A DNA stretch of 64,000 nucleotides. Source: Lama guanicoe (Eukaryota). Every line of letters begins with the position of its first letter. Positions within the stretch are counted from its first letter, which is position 1. Under the pieces are notes generated by a model that saw only the letters and a list, made by a program, of their open reading frames with translations, searched no databases and had not been told where the DNA came from. Position numbers and translations under genes: made by a program. The stretch spans positions 124,001-188,000 of the forward strand of contig MU053468.1 in assembly GCA_013239625.1 (NCBI GenBank), in the 5' to 3' direction. Positions 59,010 to 64,000 of this stretch are shown here, one piece after another.

Positions 59010-59643
59010 AAATTTAACCAACGGGCTTGTGGCAATCTGGGCAGCAATTTATTTCAGAAAAACACATTAACTTCTGTCAGGACAGTGAGATCTGTGTTGC
59101 TTTAGCTTGTCCTAGACCTTTGCTCTCCATGACAGTGGGAGCCTTCAAACATACCCCATGTCCTAATAACCAAAACGTTCCCCAACTTGGGAAAGGAGAC
59201 AGTCACCCACGTGAAGGAAGTGCAGAGTTCCACACAGGATCCACTCAAAGAGGAGCACACCAAGTCACACAGTAATCAAAGTGACAAAAATCAAGGATAA
59301 GGAGAAAATATTTAACTTAGCAGTACCAGTACCTCCTCGGAGAATAAATAAATAAATAAGAGTTACCTCCCACCACCAAAACAAAACACAAAGGTAAAAA
59401 CGGTGCTTTATTAATTAATTAGCTCTTGGCTCATCTTTCAGGGGGACTTCGCATTCAAAATAGACTCTAGCACACTTCTCCCTTGTTCACCTGGGATTAG
59501 TCAATAACATAGAGGTTTCATTCAAGAAACCATCTGAGTTATAATTACCTGAAACCCACCCAGGCTTTGTGGGTCTTGAACCTCACCTACTTTGGAAAAA
59601 TCCTGTCTAATAAAAACATGCAAAGTTATGAACACAAAAATCG

Positions 59644-60274
59644 CTAGGACCCATCCCAAGACCTTGGAAGGGACCTAGGCAAGTGGGGAGCCCTGCAGCT
59701 TCTGCTTCATTTAATTGATGATAAATCCACCTCAGCTGGGTGGATCTTTTCCAGACTTAATTAATGCAGGGATAAATATTATTTGAACTTATAAACACCT
59801 CAGTAATGTAATAGGCAACAAAATGACAACTCAAGGGGTGGCACATTCTAGACTTTCTACATTTGGCGCAAAACAAAGGAGGAGCCCAGCCCCCAACACA
59901 CACTTACTGTATTCTCACAATCTTTTGAAAGTAACTATGAATGAATTTTAGGAAAGCAAAACTAGTACCCATCCCAAGACCTTGGAAGGGACCTAGGTAA
60001 GTGGGGAGCCCTACAGCTTCAGCTTCATTTAATTGATGATAAATCCACCTCAGCTGGGGCCCTTTTCCAGACTTAATTAATGCAGGGATAAATATTATTT
60101 GAACTTATAAACACCTCAGTAATGTAATAGGCAACAAAATGACAACTCAAGGGTGGCACATTCTAGACTTTCTACATTTGGCACAAAACAAAGGAGGAGC
60201 CCAGCCCCCAACACACACTTACTGTATTCTCACAATCTTTTGAAAGTAACTGTGAATGAATTTTAGGAAAGCAA
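59644..60274. repeat. Tandem duplication, ~316 bp x2
   Basis: ctag(g/t)acccatcccaagaccttggaagggacc...ttttaggaaagcaa starts at 59644 and 59962; near-identical. Confidence 0.95.
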
Positions 60275-62169
60275 TATTAATTTATTTCCAACACCAGCTC
60301 TGATTCTTTCATTAACTTTTTCTGCCACTTCAGATGAACACAGAAATTCAAGAAGATCAGGCTCATGCCTCTTGCATGACCATCCTTTCTAACCCACCAC
60401 TCATTTTCTGCTTCCTTGCTTCCCTACGTGGCTACCTTGCTGCAGAGATGCTAGCATGGCTCTCATAAGTTTTACCATCAATTTTCTTCCAGTATGAAAG
60501 TTTCTTGGGGACAAAATCTTTGGCCTATTCTTCTTTGTAACCCCAGCACTTAGTGAAGTGCAGACACACAGTGCACATGGCACTCAGTGAATGTTTTCCA
60601 ATAAATTCAGTCATTTTTATCGACTGTGATTCCACAATTCTTTTTCCCCTGGCTCGCCTACATAACCATAAGGAAACTTAGATCCTTATAAGAGACTATT
60701 GGTGTTATAAAATGTTTAGGAAAGGTCATGAGTTTAAGACATGGTACTAATGCTACTAAAACCTCTTGGCGGAGGGACCTAACAAGCCCACGCTCCGGTG
60801 CACTGGCAAGAGAAAAACTGACCCTCCATTCTCTTTCCACAAGTTAGGCACCAGCAAGCTAATGAAGCGGGGAGGGAGGCTGCCACTGGTGGGCATCTGC
60901 AGAACTGTCAGTCCAGCTCCAGACGCACCCTCGACACCTTCATTAACCCAAAGTGAACTTTGTGAAACTGGATTTCTGAACCACAACACAAATAGGAGAC
61001 TCTTTTCCAAAGCCTGATTTAGAGGAGGCTCTTCACCTTGGGTCTAAAATCCCCTTCAGGCCACTGAACCTACCTGCTGTCATCTGCTAGTGACATGGAG
61101 AAATCACAGAATTTTCAAGGTTCTGAAAAACCCACGCTTCTTATTAGAAGTAGTCAGAAAAGAAAGTATAGAGAATTCAGCTATAGCAAGGTATCTTCTT
61201 TATATTGTTCACATTACAGCTTAACACAAACATCCATCCCTCAAAGGTTCCTATTGGCCACAGATCATTCACCTCAGACTAATATAGACTTTTTGAAAAA
61301 TAATGTTTTGGGTAGTTGGGAAGAGAGGTGGGTGTTCAGGAATTCTTTCCGCTTTACCATTTAAAAGAAGCTGATACTTGAGAAGGCACCCATACCTGTT
61401 GCTCCCTGAAGAATTTTGGGCTAAACTGAGTTCTTTGCAGCTCTGTGCTGCATAAATTTTAAGTAGTTAGGAATTTTGCACATGAGCAGGAATTAAATTC
61501 AAAAGTGTAATTTCAAGTACTATTTGCATATTGGAGCAACAACAATGGGATTCCGTGACAATGCTAATTTGAGTGTTTCTGTTGGGTGCCTTTTATTTTA
61601 TTGCTCGTGCCAAACATCAGTACTAGGGAAAGCAAAGTGTTCCATGTATGAGTTAGACAAGTCTCATGGCCTCTTTGTACCAACTCTATTTACACACCTC
61701 CCATTTTAATTCTGCTTTTCTATGCCAATTCAATACCAGAAGAAATAAAAGATAGCCTTTCACATGACTTGAAAGGAACTGCTCCTCTTACTAATGTCTA
61801 ATTTGAACTAATTCAGTGTTATATCAAAATATTGACTTTTATTTGAAACACCCACTCTTGACTATAGCTAGCTATCTTATTTCCACTGATTCTTAGTCTT
61901 CCCTTTCTCATAAAAAAGAAAAAAAAAAAAAAGACACAAGCCAAAGAAGAAGAAAAAAAATTCTATCAGAACTTTATCCTTTGGCAGTAATTCTAATTTA
62001 TATGCAATGAAACATGATCTCATTATCCTTTCAATACACTAAAGAAATCTCAGTGTGGAAAATAGTTGCTTGTGAGTTATAGTTTCATGATTATATGCAT
62101 GGTGCATGAGATACAAAATGGTAAATCCTCAATAAATATTTGCGATAAGTGATCCTTTCTTCTCTAGCA

Positions 62170-62340
62170 AAGGGCAGTACTACTGACATTTTGGGCCGGA
62201 CAACTCTTTGTTGTGGGGGGCTGTCTAGCACCCTGTAGGGGGTTTAGCAGCATCTCTGGCCTCTGTCCACCAGATGGCAGCAGCATACCTACAGTTCTGA
62301 TAACCAAAAATGTGTCCAGACATTGCCAAATGTCATCTGA
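62170..62340. mobile_element. MER20 hAT-Charlie DNA transposon fragment
   Basis: actgacattttgggccggacaactctttgttgtgggggctgtc...aaaatgtgtccagacattgccaaatgtc. Confidence 0.8.
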
Positions 62341-62502
62341 GTGCAAATCTTTGCGAGAGACAAAAAGGATTAGCTACATAATTCTAGTAGATTTCTAAAC
62401 TAAAATTTTAATGTTTCCAAATCAGTAGCAAATTAATTTTTTATAATCATATTTATAATTTTATAAAAGTTCCCAACATAATGAAGTTATAATTGTAACT
62501 TA

Positions 62503-62598
<96 letters not shown>

Positions 62599-62843
62599 TT
62601 ACCTCAATTACCTACTAGATATCTAATTAGTAGGAATAACTACTAGAGGTTAGAAGAATAATAATGAATAAGCAGCTTCTATATAACATCTAAACCTTAT
62701 GAATTGTTATTTAAACCTTCCAAAGCCCCTAACCCTGCCCTCACCTATCTTAAGAGTCTCACTTTCATTATGTTCACTAATAAAACATACACCTATATAG
62801 ATGTTGGTAGATTTTGGAGGTAATGTTTCCTCAGAGCAGAAGA

Positions 62844-63473
62844 ATTGATTAGATAACCTTTTGTGGTCTCAACAAATTCTGGATTATAAACTCAAAGTTT
62901 TTAACCTCCATATATAATTATAATGTTTAATGTGAAAATGAATACTCTATTTACACACCTCCCATTTTAATTCTGCTTTTCTATGCCAATTCAATACCAG
63001 AAAAAATAAAAGATAGCCTTTCACATGACTTGAAAGGAACTGCTCCTCTTATTAATGTCTAATTTGAACTAATTCAGTGTTATACCAAAATATTGAATTT
63101 GAAACACCCACTCTTGACTATAGCTAGCTATCTTATTTCCACTGATATTGATTAGATAACCATTTGTGGTCTCAACAAATTCTGCATTATAAACTCAAAG
63201 TTTTTAACCTCCATATATAATTATAATGTTTAATGTGATAATGAATACTCTATTTACACACCTCCCATTTTAATTCTGCTTTTCTATGCCAATTCAATAC
63301 CAGAAGAAATAAAAGATAGCCTTTCACATGACTTGAAAGGAACTGCTCCTCTTACTAATGTCTAATTTGAACTAATTCAGTGTTATATCAAAATATTGAC
63401 TTTTATTTGAAACACCCACTCTTGACTATAGCTAGCTATCTTATTTCCACTGATTCTTAGTCTTCCCTTTCTC
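62844..63473. repeat. Tandem duplication, period 303 bp; a 227-bp part has a third copy at 61683-61909
   Basis: attgattagataacc at 62844 and 63147; actctatttacacacctccc at 61683, 62944 and 63247. Confidence 0.95.
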
Positions 63474-63569
63474 CTGGGGGGGGGGGGTGCAAGTGTCTTC
63501 TGACTGGTGTTTGCACCTCTAGTCTCTTCCTTTCTCAGCCATCCTCTACAGTCACCAGATTAACTCTCC

Positions 63570-63715
63570 AGATGTGGTTCTCAAATACCAGCATCACTTG
63601 TGAACTTACTGAAGAAATGCTCAGCTCTACTCTGGACCAACTGAATCAGCAACTGTGGGGCATAACTTGTGCTTTAACAAGCCCTCCAAGTGACTGATTC
63701 TGCTGCAGGCTCGAG
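63570..63715. mobile_element. MER5A-like DNA transposon fragment
   Basis: gtggttctcaaa...cagcatcacttg...actgaatcag...ctttaacaagccctccaagtgactgattctg. Confidence 0.7.
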
Positions 63716-64000
63716 TCTGTCCGAGAGCACTGCTGTGGGAACGGGGCAGCCTGGCGTGTTACCCTCGGCATGTACTCTGCAGGTTCTCAAAGCATGCTTC
63801 CTGTGTTTTGCCTCTCTCCTACCTTCTTTTTGCAAATGTACTCTTCCCAAGATGTCTGTCTGATGACACACAGTGGCCCTTTAAGGTCCTATTCAAACAA
63901 CGCTGCTGTAACATTTTCCCTGATCCAGTTTGGAGTCTTTCTTCCCTCTTCTGAGCTCCAAAACCAACTTAGAGCTCTCATTGCCCCTCTCCACTTCTTT

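Noticed and set aside
58721..59105. Poly-Glu, poly-Ser and poly-Phe ORFs
   Set aside because: Translations of the GAA microsatellite.
61390..61460. Donor-like CAG|GTATGG considered as the missing LRRC37 exon
   Set aside because: The upstream sequence has no LRR pattern in any frame and no good acceptor.

Overview
Mammalian genomic DNA, most likely a camelid judging by the Vic-1-like tRNA-derived SINEs, with four N-gaps. Two spliced genes lie on the minus strand. (1) A complete 8-exon SMTNL2 (CDS 24173->6539, 1383 nt including stop, 460 aa) with a CpG-island promoter, canonical GT-AG junctions and a C-terminal calponin-homology domain. It carries an in-frame TAG at codon 33 (24075-24077) where the human protein has Glu. 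(2) The 3' part of an LRRC37-family gene: 10 coding exons, 62575->39924, 2860 nt, frame open to the stop, with the 5' exons outside the window. This LRRC37 copy has a three-fold 63-aa repeat in its large ectodomain exon, appears to lack one LRR exon, and has introns holding a ~6 kb old L1, several near-identical local duplications and a (GAA)39 tract. The remainder is ordinary repeat-rich intronic or intergenic DNA. I see no convincing wholly new biological system; the best leads are the SMTNL2 nonsense codon and the LRRC37 structural changes. Comparisons to human proteins and repeat consensus sequences are from memory, not from a search.
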